Assembly: GCF_036321535.1 (NCBI RefSeq)
Contig: NC_087436.1
Span: 51,648,001-51,712,000 of the forward strand
Length of the DNA: 64,000 bases
Direction: 5' to 3'
DNA from: Camelus dromedarius
Taxonomy: Eukaryota
This document shows, one piece after another, positions 12,071-24,560 of the stretch (position 1 is the stretch's first letter; each line of letters begins with the position of its first letter). The notes below the pieces were generated by a model, which was not told the origin of the DNA, ran no database searches, and saw only the letters and a program-made list of their open reading frames with translations. The position numbers and the translations under genes were made by a program.

Positions 12071-13059
12071 GAAGGGTGCACAGAACTGCTCTTTCTCAAC
12101 ATGAGTCTTTGTGTTACTTTACAGGTATTTAAATTAATATTTTGAATTAAAAAAGAAACAAATAAAAACTTGAGTGTAATTCCATTTGAAACAAAAACCA
12201 GTAGCAGTTACTTAAGACTGTAATTTTTAAGGTATATTATTATAAATTTCTCTCTCAAAAGCAATAAGGCAAAAACTTAGCTACAGTCATATTATGTGGA
12301 GACAGAAGCTGTAGCCAAGTGATAAGGCAATAAGAGCAGATCTGGGAGCACAGTAACTCAGAGCATGAATTGAATAAGTAAAATGATGAGTCCAGAGACC
12401 TCTGATACTGATAGGCTCAGTGCTCCAGGTTCTGTAAACCAAGGCAGTTTTATAAATTTCGAACTGCTTTCCAGTAACAATTCTTCACACTATGCAACTG
12501 ATAAGACAAAATAATTTGAATAAACAACCAAAAAAAGCTTTTTACTCTTAGAACTGATTTTAGACTGTTTTAAATACTGCAAATTATTGATGTCGATGTA
12601 TATTAACCACTGCTTACTTTTTAGGCATGGATCTGCCTGACTTGACCCAAATCATAACTGATTATAAGTAATCCTTGTTATTCATTATCATGCAGACTCC
12701 AATAAACAATATTTTCAGTAGTCGGATTTCATAGAAAAGATCTCTAGAGAAATAAAAATTTCTCACAGGACAAAACAAGGTATGTTCAGTTCTCTCTTCT
12801 TTTGAAATTCTTCTTTAATGATACAGTGTACCTATATATGGGTGTGTGTGAATATATATGAGAAACTGACAAGTATACTTCAAATTAATGGAACATCATT
12901 GTCCTATTACTACTAAATAAAATGGGCCTGAATATTCACCAACTGAAATTGCTCATTGTCTACATCTAGAATGAATAACTAGAAATCAATTACTTTAAAA
13001 GTAAAATTATTTTTGTAGGTGTTCCTCAATTTATAACTGATGTATAACTTATATAATAT

Positions 13060-13235
13060 CCACTCTGTGCTATGCTGATCATGCAGGTTCCAATATTTTC
13101 TCATTTTATTTTCACAACAAGTCCAAGGTTGGCATTATTATTTTCTTTTTCAAATGAGGAACAAGGGTATAGAGGGTAATTAAATTGCCCAAGGTCAAAA
13201 ATGTTAGTAAATGACAGAGCCAGGAAAATTCCATG
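13060..13235 (-). mobile_element. MIR SINE
   Basis: ctcattttattttcacaacaa...caaatgaggaacaaggg...aaattgcccaaggtca...tagtaaatgacagagccagga. Confidence 0.8.
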
Positions 13236-13589
13236 ACCAAGCTTTCTTATTTAATTATCTTGATGTCTGTTTCACAAATAGTTTACCTTGGTGTACACTC
13301 CAGAACATTGTAATGTTCAAATCAAGTTACAGGAATGCTTTATAGAAATGTTATTATTTTCTGAGGTAAATGCATTGGAATAATGCCTTACCATATTATC
13401 AAGCTAAAAGTAGTTTAGCAACTTTTATTTTCAGAGTAGTCTGGACATTATAAAATTTCTGCCAATATAAAAATGAGTATTTTAAAAATGTATTGCTCAA
13501 TACGCAAAGAATAAATAAATAGACATATTCAGAGGCCACAATCAAAGTGAGAATTTTTGGCTCAAATAAGACAGATATTATATTGGACA

Positions 13590-13619
13590 ATGCTCACACA
13601 GATAACAATCAAACTCTGG

Positions 13620-13682
<63 letters not shown>

Positions 13683-16320
13683 GCACGCGCGCGCGCACAC
13701 ACACACTTTTCTCATGAGGGCACATCAGTATGTGTGGCGCAGAGTAGCTAGAATACAAAAGCAGAAACCCACATTTATTATCTCAAAGAGTCGGAGGATG
13801 AAGTTCAAAGTTGTGGGAGTTAATGTAAAGTGAGAGACAAAGGTTTGAAATGAATAGGCTACAGAACAGGAAGACCCAAACTCTTCATACACACTTTTGC
13901 AAAGTTCTTGGCTGACACCTGAAACGTACTTGAGGGAGACAGAGAGAATCCAGGGATGATAGTGAAAAGTATCAGCTAGAAGACTGAAAGAACAGTAGAA
14001 ATTCCTTCTGTTGCCCTCTGCAGAAGAGATTTAGTTTTGAATTTGAATCCAGTTAAAATAGTTACCTGCTAGAGCAAAAATAAACACTCTTCAGTGGAAA
14101 ATAACAAAATCCAGTGTCTGTATAGCATATCCTAAATTTCTAGAATGTAAGTTAATTTTTTTCAAAGAAATGTGAATAAAATAGGAAAATAAGATACATA
14201 ATTAAGATAGAAAACGGTCATTAGAAAACAACCAAGGGATTACCCAGGTGTTGGAATTAGCAGCCGCTATATGTTCAAAAAAATATTTTCAAAATAAAAA
14301 GAATGAATGAGGTATATCAGCAGAAAATGGCAACTATAAAAAAGAACTAAATGAAAATCAAAGAACTAAAATGTACAACATTGAAATAAAAAGTATAATG
14401 GATGACTTATTGGCAGATTGAAGATGGCATAATAAATCAACATAAAAAATAACAGATCCTCAATAACATGTAGGTAATATCAAGCACACTCATTTATGTT
14501 TAATTGGAGTTCCAGAAAAAAAGAAGAGAGAGAAAATAGGGTTAAAAAAAAAAAAGTCAAAGAAATAATGATTTGAATTCCTCCTAGTCAAGGAATGTGA
14601 CCTTAAATATCCAAGAAACGAAGTGAACTCCAAAAAGAATAAATATAAAACTAATCATATATGGGTCACAATAAAACTACTAAATAAAACCACTAAAATA
14701 CCACAATAAAATTACTAAAAAACAGACAAAAAGATAATTATGATAGCAGTCAGCAAATAATGACACATTACATAAATGGGAACAGTGATAATAATAGAAT
14801 AACTTAACGTGCTTAAAGCAAAAAAACCTGTTGATCTGAAATTACATATGTAGCAAAATGTATTTCAAAAATACTGGCAAAATAAAGATATTTTAAAATA
14901 AAAATTGAAGAAGTTCATTGCCAGCATATATTCTGTATTTTAGAAAAAAGTCAAGGAAAATTCTTCAGGCTGAAAGAAAATGATGCAAGACAGCAAGTTG
15001 CGTATATAGGAAGGAATAAAGAGAACAGGAAATGGAATCTGAGAAAATATAGGACACTAGACAATTTTTTCTTTTCATTATTTATTACAGAACACATGAC
15101 CCTTTAAAAGAAAAATTATGGCATTTAATTGTAGGGCTTAAAACATAAAGGTGTAATATATATCAACAGAGGCACAAAGAAAAGAGTAAATGGAGTTTTA
15201 TTGTTGAAAGAGTCTTACGAGTTATGTGAAGTGGTATATTGACTCTGGGTAGACTGTGGATTAGTATAAATTTACAATAATCAAAACTGCATGATGATAT
15301 TGGCATAAGAGCAGAAAATTTGATCAATAAAACAAAAAAGAAGTTCCAGAAACAGACCCTTACTTATACAGTCAATTGACTTCTTACAGATACCAAAGCA
15401 ATTAAAAGAAAAGTCTTTTCAATAAACGTTGCTGGTACAACTGGATATCCATACGGGAAAAGAGTGAACTTCAATGTTTACCTCACACTATACAAAAAAT
15501 AGTTTGAAATGGATTATGGACCTAGACTTAAAAATATAAACAAAAGCTAAACTATAAACCTACTTGAAGACAGAAATCAGAGAATATCTTCATGACCTGA
15601 CTGTAGGCAAATTCTCGAAAAGGACACATAAAGCAGCAATAATAAGGGAATAAAATGATAAATTTCATCCAAATTAAAAACTTTTGTTAATCAGTAGATG
15701 CCATTAAGAAAAAAATTCTCACCATTCAATAATAAAAAAGAAACAATTGACAAAACTAACCAGCGGGCAAGATGTTTGAACAGACCTCACAAAAGAGATA
15801 TTAAAAAGTCAGTAATAAGCACATGAAAATGTATACACATTGTAAGTCATCAGAGAAATGCAAATTAAAGACATCATGAAACATTAATATATATTTAATA
15901 GAATGGCTAAAAAAAGATTGACAGTTTCAAATATTGTTGAGGATATATGGCAGCTGAAACTCTCATACACTGATGGGAGAGTGAAATGGTATAATCTCTT
16001 TAGGAAAAATTTTAACAGTTTGTCTTCTTAATGTTAAACATATACCTTTCCTAGAACCCATCCACTGTACCACTTCATATTGGTACAAGAGAAAGGAAGA
16101 CATATATCCATTAACAGAACTGCATGAGAAAGTTCATAGAAATTTTATTCATATGAGCTAGACACTAAAACCAACTCAAATGCCTACTGATCAAGAGAAT
16201 GAATACACAAATTGTGGCATATTCTTATTTTGAAATATTACTCATCATTAAAAGTAAATTACTGTTGCATGCAATAAGATACATGAATCTCACAACGTTA
16301 CATCAAATGAAAAAAGCCAG
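13590..16320 (+). mobile_element. Old L1 (L1M4/L1ME-type): 5' UTR and ORF1, then ORF2 C-terminus and 3' UTR; most of ORF2 deleted
   Basis: ORF1 hallmarks (taattggagttccagaa, gtcaaagaaataatga, ttcttcaggctgaaagaaaatga) run to ~15250, then jump to ORF2-end text (aatcaaaactgcatgatgatattggcataaga...aagtcttttcaataaacgttgctgg). Confidence 0.8.
13623..13706. repeat. Compound microsatellite (AT)n(AC)n(GC)n(AC)n
   Basis: Read directly: uninterrupted alternating purine-pyrimidine tract. Confidence 0.98.
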
Positions 16321-16524
16321 GTGTATATATTCTTTTAAATGGACAATAGGACATATCAACCATCTTTAAAGTGATATATATATTTACACTCGGTGAAACT
16401 GTCTTGTAATAACTTTCTCACAGAATTTTATATTAAGTAAAAATGCCTCATTCTTTAAGAATGAGAGCATTATGAAGACATTTTTCACCAAATGATATCA
16501 ACTCTGTGTATTTGGGGAGGATTA

Positions 16525-17073
16525 AATAGAGAGCCCAGAAATAAACCCACAGACCTATGATCAATTAATCTTCAACAAAGGAGGCAAGAATATACAATGG
16601 AGAAAAGAGTCTCTTCAGCAAGTGGTGTTGGGAAAAACTGGACAGCAGCATGTAAATCAATGAAATTAGACTACTCCCTCACTCCACACACAAAAATAAA
16701 CTCAAAATGGCTTAAAGACTTAAATATAAGATGAGACACGATAAACTTCCTAGAAGAAAACATAGGCAAACATTCTCTGACATAAATCTTAGCAATGTTT
16801 TCCTAGGGCTATCTACGCAGGCAATAGAAATGAAAGCACAAATAAACAAGTGGGACCTAATCAAATTTATAAGCTTTAGCACAGCAAAGAAAACCATAAG
16901 CAAACAAAATGACAACCTACCAAATGGGAGAAAATATCTGCAAATGATGTGACTAACAAAGGTTTAATTTCCAGAATATATAAAGACCTCATACAACTTA
17001 ACAACAACAACAACAACAAAATACCCAGTCCAAAAATGGGCAGAAGACATAAACAAGCAATTCCCCAATGAAG
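16525..17073 (+). mobile_element. Young lineage-specific L1 ORF2 internal fragment
   Basis: Low-divergence ORF2 text (aatagagagcccagaaataaaccc...aaaataaactcaaaatgg...tgggacctaatcaaa); translation [14 protein letters not shown] is L1 ORF2. Confidence 0.92.
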
Positions 17074-19139
17074 GGTTAAATTAACTTTTAGAGAGAAAAT
17101 GCTTAATATAGTGCCTAGTACATGCGAGCCACCAAGCCACCATTTCAACTTCATTATATTAGAATAACTATTGTTATTATCATTATTATTATTACTATCT
17201 TAAGAATATTTATCTCCCTTAGCAACTTCTATTCCTTATTAAAATTAATTGTTATTTTATTCCTTGGCAAAATAGATAGCAAAGCTCTGAGTTAAATAAG
17301 AAAATTTTGACTATGATAGAACTTAATTTATCCAAATGTCCTTTACCAAATACATCCAACTATCTGTGCGAAGCCCATCAAGTGAGAAGATGCAGAGTTT
17401 CTCTGAGCAGTTAATATTGATGTAGTTGAATCTATGCACTAAATCCAAGTAGTCTTTGTAGGAAAGCATCTCCCACACTCTTAACCTATTCTGCATGGTA
17501 TTTAAAAGGTGGTACTGATTTCCCAACTCATAAGGGCTACAGTCAGACTGAAGACAAGAGGGAAAAAATGAGACAACAGACTGATGGTAGACAAAGTATA
17601 CAAAATGTCATCATTTTTGGATACCATAGGCAGGGACAAAACACCAACCCACCTCAGTAGTCTTGGCCGATATTATTCAATCACGTAATTGTAGATATTC
17701 AGAATGTTTGATGTTGTCCACAAAATATGTCCACTCCATTTTTTAAAGGTTTATATCTAAGGGGATTCATTTTTATTATCAATTAACTGGATAAACTTCA
17801 CTTATTAGAAAATCACTTCTTAAAAGATTGTATGTTTAACTGACCTTAAAGGAACTATCAGTCTAGAATGGTGGGGATGAATTTTGATAACATTATAAGG
17901 GAAAGAAAAAATAATTATCTGTCTGAACCAGATATAATGCCTTTCAACTTACTTACAAATCCTGTCAAGCTATTTATATGCCCTTAAAAGAACGATAATA
18001 CAGCCTTCAGACTGATTATTTCATCAGGTTTATGGGGCTGAACTGCCATTGCCTTTTACTTGACTCTATCAAACCTGATGATGACAGGCACCAACACCTG
18101 ATGTTTCTGGATATCTATGTGTTGGGGTGATGTATAGACATAGGTATAGATATAGGTACAAAATACAGATGTAGAGACAGCTACAGAGATACACCAATAC
18201 ATAGGCACAAACACAGTTTTCAGAACTACAATGCTGTGGTGTGTTTCCCCAGCACAGTACTTGGGTCATAGTGCTCCAACATTTTTTAAATGAGCAGAAC
18301 AAGTGACATAGAATAGCTTCTCATTTTGCATTTTCCAAGGATTACAATTTAGGCTTACTGTTCTTTTTATTTGTTTAAAATTTCTCTGTAGAGAAACAGT
18401 GTTCAAGATGACTGACTCATATGAAGGGCACAAGACCTTCCCTCTTTCAGAAATCCTAAAATATAACCCTATGTTAAGCTGATTACCTAGACTGCAATGG
18501 CTTCTTTTGCCCCTATTTTTCTCAGCACCCTTTGGTAAATAAGCAAGACTTAAAAGTCTTGCCCTTGCCTTGCCATCCACAGAAGTATGTTTCCTGAGTT
18601 TCTCCTTGGAATAATTCAAGGAACCCATTTAGAAACAGTTCTATAAAGTTGTTGTCACTGCATCTATTTTAAGGATACCATTGAGAATGCTGTTTATTAC
18701 TTCCAACAATGTACTCTTTATGAAGAACCTCAGGAGAAATCTTCACCAGCTCTTAGTACCAAGAACAGAGATTCGGTTACTGCCCCCTGAGCAACAGTGT
18801 TGTGTAACTAACGAGGTCTGCTTTTGCATGTGAGCTCCAGAAAGTTAGAGCTAAACTTGAGGCCTCCATTCAAGTTGGTGTACAGGCCCTTGTAGTTTTT
18901 CTGGTAGTCTTATCTTGGCTCCTTTTTTCTCCACCCTCTTGTTATTGTTTTAAATCTCTTTCTCCTCTGTTCCAATTTCTTTTCTTTTGTCATATTTTAT
19001 GCATCACTGTAAAGTACAATCTTGTTTTGGAAGAAGGTTGGTAATAAACAAATATTCTCTTATTTTAAATAATGTTGCTATTTAAACAAATATTCAATAG
19101 GCACCCAGTTTCTCCTAGGAAGAATGATTTTTACTATCC

Positions 19140-19292
19140 TACCTTATCCTCTACAACAGTGCTGTAATTTAGGCATCAAACCTTTCATAGTAAAGAAATT
19201 GAGCGTCAGGCATATTCAGTAACTGGCCTGTAGGACAGAACTACATCCTTGGTGAACAGAAGCTCAAAGTCCAGTGCTCTTGTCACTAAATT
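19140..19292 (-). mobile_element. MIR SINE
   Basis: ttatcctctacaacagtgctgt...agtaaagaaattgag...agtaactggcctg...caaagtccagtgctctt. Confidence 0.6.
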
Positions 19293-20204
19293 CATAGCTT
19301 TCATTGGAATTAATTCAGATTCACTTTATATTTGCACAATAAAATCATGCTTATTCCAGAAATACTTAACTTAGGTTTTGAAGATTTTTTAGGTTATGGA
19401 TAATTTAGCATCCATTACTCTGGCATCTTAGTCACAATAATCACTCCCTGGTGTTGGGACCAAGTAAACGTGGCTAAAACAATATTTAATCTATTCTAGT
19501 TTTCCATATGTTTTTATGCCTATTCATTTATATTTTCTTTAAGAAAGTTAAGCAAGTGTTATCCCCCCAGGTAGCCCTTATGTCAAAAGGATGGTAACTA
19601 TAAATATCCATGTTTAATTTATATTGACTGCCCCTGTATTACTTCACTAGGCTACAAAGTACAACTCATAATGAACTTACTAATGCAGGGAATTTGGAAC
19701 TCTGCCACTCTTTTAATCATCAAACCTGTCATGCCTTTATTCATTTACGCCTATTCTGAATATCAGAAGTAAAAAAGAGGGACTATCTCTAGTTTCATAA
19801 ATGATGGCAATACTGGACACAATCCATATTTAACACAAACAGTAGGTGGCCACTGTCAGTTATTATTGTAAATCAAATTATTTCATTTTGTATCCTTGTT
19901 GATCTGCCCTTATTATGTGTACTTTGTGCAGAACAAGAAATCTTTGTAAGTAATGTTAAACACAAAAATGAACTTAATCTTTAAACAATCTCTTAGAAAT
20001 ATGGACATTTAAGTTGAACTTCTATTGTTTTTTGTTCATGCTGTAAGACCATCAATTCTGAAGGGAGGATTTGTGTCAAAATTAAACTGAGGGCCCATCA
20101 ATTACACATTTTAAAGACTCCACTCAAATGCTAAAACAGGTGTAAACCACCATAAGCCCAGTGTAAAACTGTGCTCAGACTGAGGACAACCTGAGTGTTG
20201 CTGT

Positions 20205-20400
20205 TTGGCTTCTCTAGGAGTACTTTCTGAGTTGCTAAGATTGGTGTCCAGGAAGGTTTTTGCAGAGTGCTATGAGGAGACAGTGGAAGCAGGACTGGGC
20301 AGAGGGGCAAGATGGGCTGAGATGCAGTTGCAACAGCCACCCAATTTCAGTCAATGCCACAAAAACTTGGAAGCTGAGATGATTCTTCAGAGATGTCTCA
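20205..20400. mobile_element. ERVL-type LTR fragment
   Basis: ggaagcaggactgggcagagggg...gatgcagttgcaaca...ggaagctgagatgattcttcagag resembles old ERVL LTRs; subfamily uncertain. Confidence 0.5.
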
Positions 20401-20855
20401 ACTTAAAGTCCCCAAACTTTATCACTATGGTCTTTGTCTTATTCAGGAAGAGGATATAGATATTTCTAAACTTTAGATTTGGGTAGGAAAATATCAGATT
20501 TTAAATTTATATTATAAAAGTTAGAGGTAACTATTAAAAATGAAAATACTATGTATAATTTCTCAACTGTAGAAGAAACAAAAAGACTAGAGACATAATA
20601 TAACAGAAAACATGGCAAATAGAAAGCACAAAATGAAACTGCAGATAATAACCGTGGTAGATATATACATATACAGATGCATAACATGAAAATTCACATG
20701 GGCTAAAATCCTCAATTAAAAGACAGCAACTCTAAGGCTAAATAAAAAGAGTAAAATTCAGCTGTGGCTATTCGTAAAAGACAAATATAAAAACAAAGAT
20801 TCACTAACAGGGATTATAATTTTATGTATGTGTGTGTGTGTGTATATATATATAT

Positions 20856-21138
20856 ATCCCTTGGTATCCATGGTGGATTGGCTCCAGGATCCTCTGTAGA
20901 TATCAAAATCTGTGGATGCTCAAGTCCTTTATATAAAATGGCACAGAATTTGCATACAACCTATGCACATCCTCATGTATACTTTAAATTATCTCCAGAT
21001 CACTTATAATACCTAATACAATGTAAATGCTATATAAATAGTTTTTGGCACACAGCAAGTTCAAATTTTGATATCTGGAACTTTCTGGAATTTTTTTCAA
21101 ATATTTTTGTTCTGCATTTGCTTGAATCCATGATTGTG
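20856..21138 (+). mobile_element. MER2-family (TcMar-Tigger) non-autonomous DNA transposon
   Basis: tcccttggtatccatggtggattggctccagga...aaaatctgtggatgctcaagtcctttatataaaatggc...cttataatacctaatacaatgtaaatgctat matches MER2; flanked by TA-rich sequence. Confidence 0.88.
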
Positions 21139-21534
21139 TATATATAATGCTAATTCATAAATACAAAACAACTGAAGTTAAATAGACTTAAAAGGGAGAT
21201 AGAGGGATATTTCACACCAATAAAAGATAATCCATCAAGAATTTTTTATCAGCTTTGAGATATAATTGGCTTATAATACTGTGCAAATTTAAGGTGCACA
21301 ATATGATGATTTAACCCTTCAAGAATTTGTAGTAAATATGAAGTTACATGATCCCAATAACACAGTCTGGGAATATATAAAGGGAAAATAAACAGAAAGT
21401 ATGAACAAATCTACAGTTATAGAGATAGTTTCAGTCAGAGGGGAAAAAGAAAATTAGTAACAATAGAGAAGGAAAATATTTGAACTACAGAGCCATTCAG
21501 CTATGTTGAAAAATCATATCATTCATATATTCTA

Positions 21535-21752
21535 AAGCTGAAAATTTGCCCCCCTGAAAATGTTTTTAATGTGTCAAAAGGCTCTGAACGAAGTTTCAGA
21601 AAAAGAGTTCCCAAAATGCTTTAAGCAAATAGCAGCATCTCAGGCATAAATCTGTAATTTCCCCAGACTTTGTCTTTGACAGAAATAGCATTCACTGGAC
21701 TGTATTAGTTTTGTATGTGTTGAATCACGCTACTTTATTTTTGTGCATCATA
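21535..21752 (+). mobile_element. MARNA-like (TcMar-Mariner) fragment
   Basis: aggctctgaacgaagtttcagaaaaagagttcccaaaatgctttaagcaaatagcagcatc matches the remembered mariner transposase C-terminal remnant of MARNA. Confidence 0.65.
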
Positions 21753-21914
21753 CTATCTAACAGGGTTTTCTAGTATGATGTTTTATAGCAAAGATTGTTA
21801 TTGTGCACTTTATTATCTGTGTCTGACACACAGTAGGCATTCATATAATGTTTATATGCTGAATAAATGAATGAATGTCCAAGGTTTTCCTTTTCATAGC
21901 ATATTTGGTTTTTC

Positions 21915-23306
21915 TTGGGACTTTTCTAAAGAGTTGTTTCAGATTCATAGCAAAATTAAAAGGAAAGTATAGAGATTTCCCATATAACCCCTGCTTTCAT
22001 ATATGCATAGCCTTTTCCATTATCAACATTCCCTACAAGAATGGTACATCTGTTACAACTGATGAGCCTACATTGACACATCGTAACCACCCAGAGTCCA
22101 TAGTTTAAAGTTCGTTTTTGGTGCTGTATATTCCATGGGTTTGAACAAATCTAAAATGACATGTATCTGTCATTATGGCATCTTATGGACTACTTTCACT
22201 GCCTTAAAAATGCCTTGTGATTCATCTGTTTATCCCTCCCCTAACCTCTGGCAACCACTGACCTTTTTACGGTCTTTAAAGTATTGCATTTTCCAGAATG
22301 TCACATAGTGGATATCATACAGTATGTAGCCTTTTCAGATCAATTTCTTTCACTTAGTAATATGCATTTAAGTTTTTGCCATGTCTTTTCTTACTTAATA
22401 GCTAATTTCTTGTTAGACTGAATAGTATTCCACTGTCTGGCTATATCACAGTTAATTTAACCATTCACCTACTGACGGACATCTTGGTGGCTTCCACGTT
22501 TCGACAATTAGGAATAAAGCTGCTATAAACATCAATGTGTAGGTTTTGTGTGGACATAAAGTTTTCGACTCCTTTGGATACATACCAACGAATGTGACTG
22601 CTGGATCATTTGGTAAGAGTATGTTTAGTTTTGTAAGAGTTTGCTGAACTGCCTTCCAAAGGGGCTGTACCATTTTGCATCCCCAAAAGCAATGAGTTCC
22701 TGTTGTTCCACATCCTCACCAGCATTTGGTATTGTGTTTTAGATTCTGGCCATTCTAATAAGTGTGTAGTGGTATCTCATTGTTGTTTTAATTTGTATTT
22801 TCCTGATGACATGAGACGTGAAGCATCTTTTCATATGCTTATTTGCCATCACTGTGTCTTCTTTGGTGAGGTGTCTGTCCAAGCCTTTTGCCTATTTTTC
22901 AATTGGGTTGTTTGTTTTCTTACACTGAGTTTTGAGAGTTCCTAGTATACTTGGAATAGCAGTCCTTTATCAGATGTATCTTTTGTAAATATGTTCTCCT
23001 AGCCTGTGGCTTATCTTCTCATTCCTTTGACATTGTCTCTCACAAATTGTAAGTTTTTAATTTTAATGAAGTCCAGCTTATTATTATTTCTTTCATGGGT
23101 CATGCCTTAATAGTGTATCTAAGAAGTCATCACCATACCCAAAGTCATCTATATTTTCTCCAGTGTTATCTTCCAGAAGTTTTGTAGGTTTGCGTTTTAC
23201 ATTTAGGTCTATGATCCATTTTGAGTAAATTGCTGTGCAGGGTGTAAGGTCTATGTCTAGACTCACTCACGTGTGGATTTCCAGTTGTTCCAGCACCACT
23301 GGTTGA
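21915..23306 (-). mobile_element. L1MC1-like 3' UTR plus ORF2 end, 5' truncated
   Basis: Continuous reverse L1 text from ttcagattcatagcaaaattaaaagg to ccagttgttccagcacca; ORF 22452-22673 is the L1 ORF2 C-terminus. Confidence 0.9.
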
Positions 23307-23309
23307 CAC

Positions 23310-24560
23310 TTCATGTTGTTTTAAAAACTAAAACCTTGCACCATTTGAAAAATGCAAGACAAATTAAAAATCTAAGTTAAAAAATAAACTAAAAAGTATT
23401 TGAATAAAATATAGAAAAATAATTACATATACTCTGAATAGAAGTGGCCTTCTTAAATAAAACAGGATATCCATACACCATAAAGAGGGGAAAATAAAGA
23501 GACCCGACTGTGTCAGTCACAAGTACCTGTGACAAGGGGGGAGGGTACACCTCAGTGGTCGAGTGCTTGCTTAGTCAGCACAAGGTCCCGAGTTCCATCC
23601 CCAGGATCACCATTACAAATAAATAAATAAACCTAATTATCCCCCCAAAAAACCCAAAACAAGTACCTCTGACAAACACAAAGAATGTTAAGAGGCCATG
23701 GGAAGTCTATGGGAATTTTATTTTATAAAAGCTAGAAAATAATTGATGTTTGTACTTTACCACGTATTCTTAAAAATTAATAAGAAAAAGAAATGAAAAG
23801 GGAACTCCCTGAAGAAGAAACCAGAGAGTCAAGAAAAAGGAGGAGCAGGAGGAGGAACATGAATAGGAGCAGAAAAAAAAAACATAGTCTGCCTGAGTAC
23901 TAATCAGGAAAATGCAAATATAAATAAGGATAAGACATCTTCCACTTACCAGACTGGCAAGAAATAAAAGGTTTCATAACATCCATCAAGTTCTGGCCAG
24001 GTGGTAGGCCCTCTAATACACCACTCGTGAGAATGCAAATTGATAGAATCTTTTGAAATGTAATGTTAAATTAACATTTAATTAACATTTAAAATTTCCG
24101 TAGCTTTGACTAAGCAGTTTTACCTTTATAAATCCATCCTCATTGGTTAAAAGTATATGTTGGAGGTTGTTTATGCAGTTCATTTTTATCTGTGGGAGAA
24201 CTATAAAATAAATTATGCCACACACACAATACTGGAATGCGGGCATTCATGAAAAAGAACTGAGGACATCTGTTGGTGGTAAGCTAAAAAGATGATCACA
24301 GTAGAAAGTCAAATCCAAAAAGTAAATAGCAAAGTTGTAAGTTTTAATTTTCATAAATATATTTTAGACTATATATAAAGCATAGACACATTTATACAAA
24401 TTGGAAAAAAATAGAATGGTACAAAATTCATATAGTAATTCTTCTGGTGAATAGCACTGGGTAGTGGGGATAGAGGTTTGGCCTTTTATGTCTTACTTTG
24501 TTAAAATGTTGTAGGATTATGGGTGGTTTTCCCTCTATATTTGTGGAAAGATGCTATTAA
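23310..24560 (+). mobile_element. Old L1ME-type 3' region (host of the camelid SINE)
   Basis: ctaatcaggaaaatgcaaatataaa...cttaccagactggcaag...gaatgcaaattgatagaatctttt pattern. Confidence 0.6.
23536..23658 (+). mobile_element. Camelid tRNA-derived SINE (vic-1 type) with target-site duplication
   Basis: ggggggagggtacacctcagtggtcgagtgcttgcttag...ggtcccgagttccatcccc (A/B boxes), aaataaataaataaacctaattatcccccc tail; TSD acaagtacct(g/c)tgacaa at 23519-23535 and 23659-23675. Confidence 0.9.

Noticed and set aside
18078..18105. TGATGA...CTGA resembling C/D snoRNA boxes
   Set aside because: The boxes are only about 20 nt apart, with no terminal stem or host intron evidence.
23536..23610. tRNA-like sequence
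   Set aside because: It is the head of a SINE with tail and TSD, not a tRNA gene.
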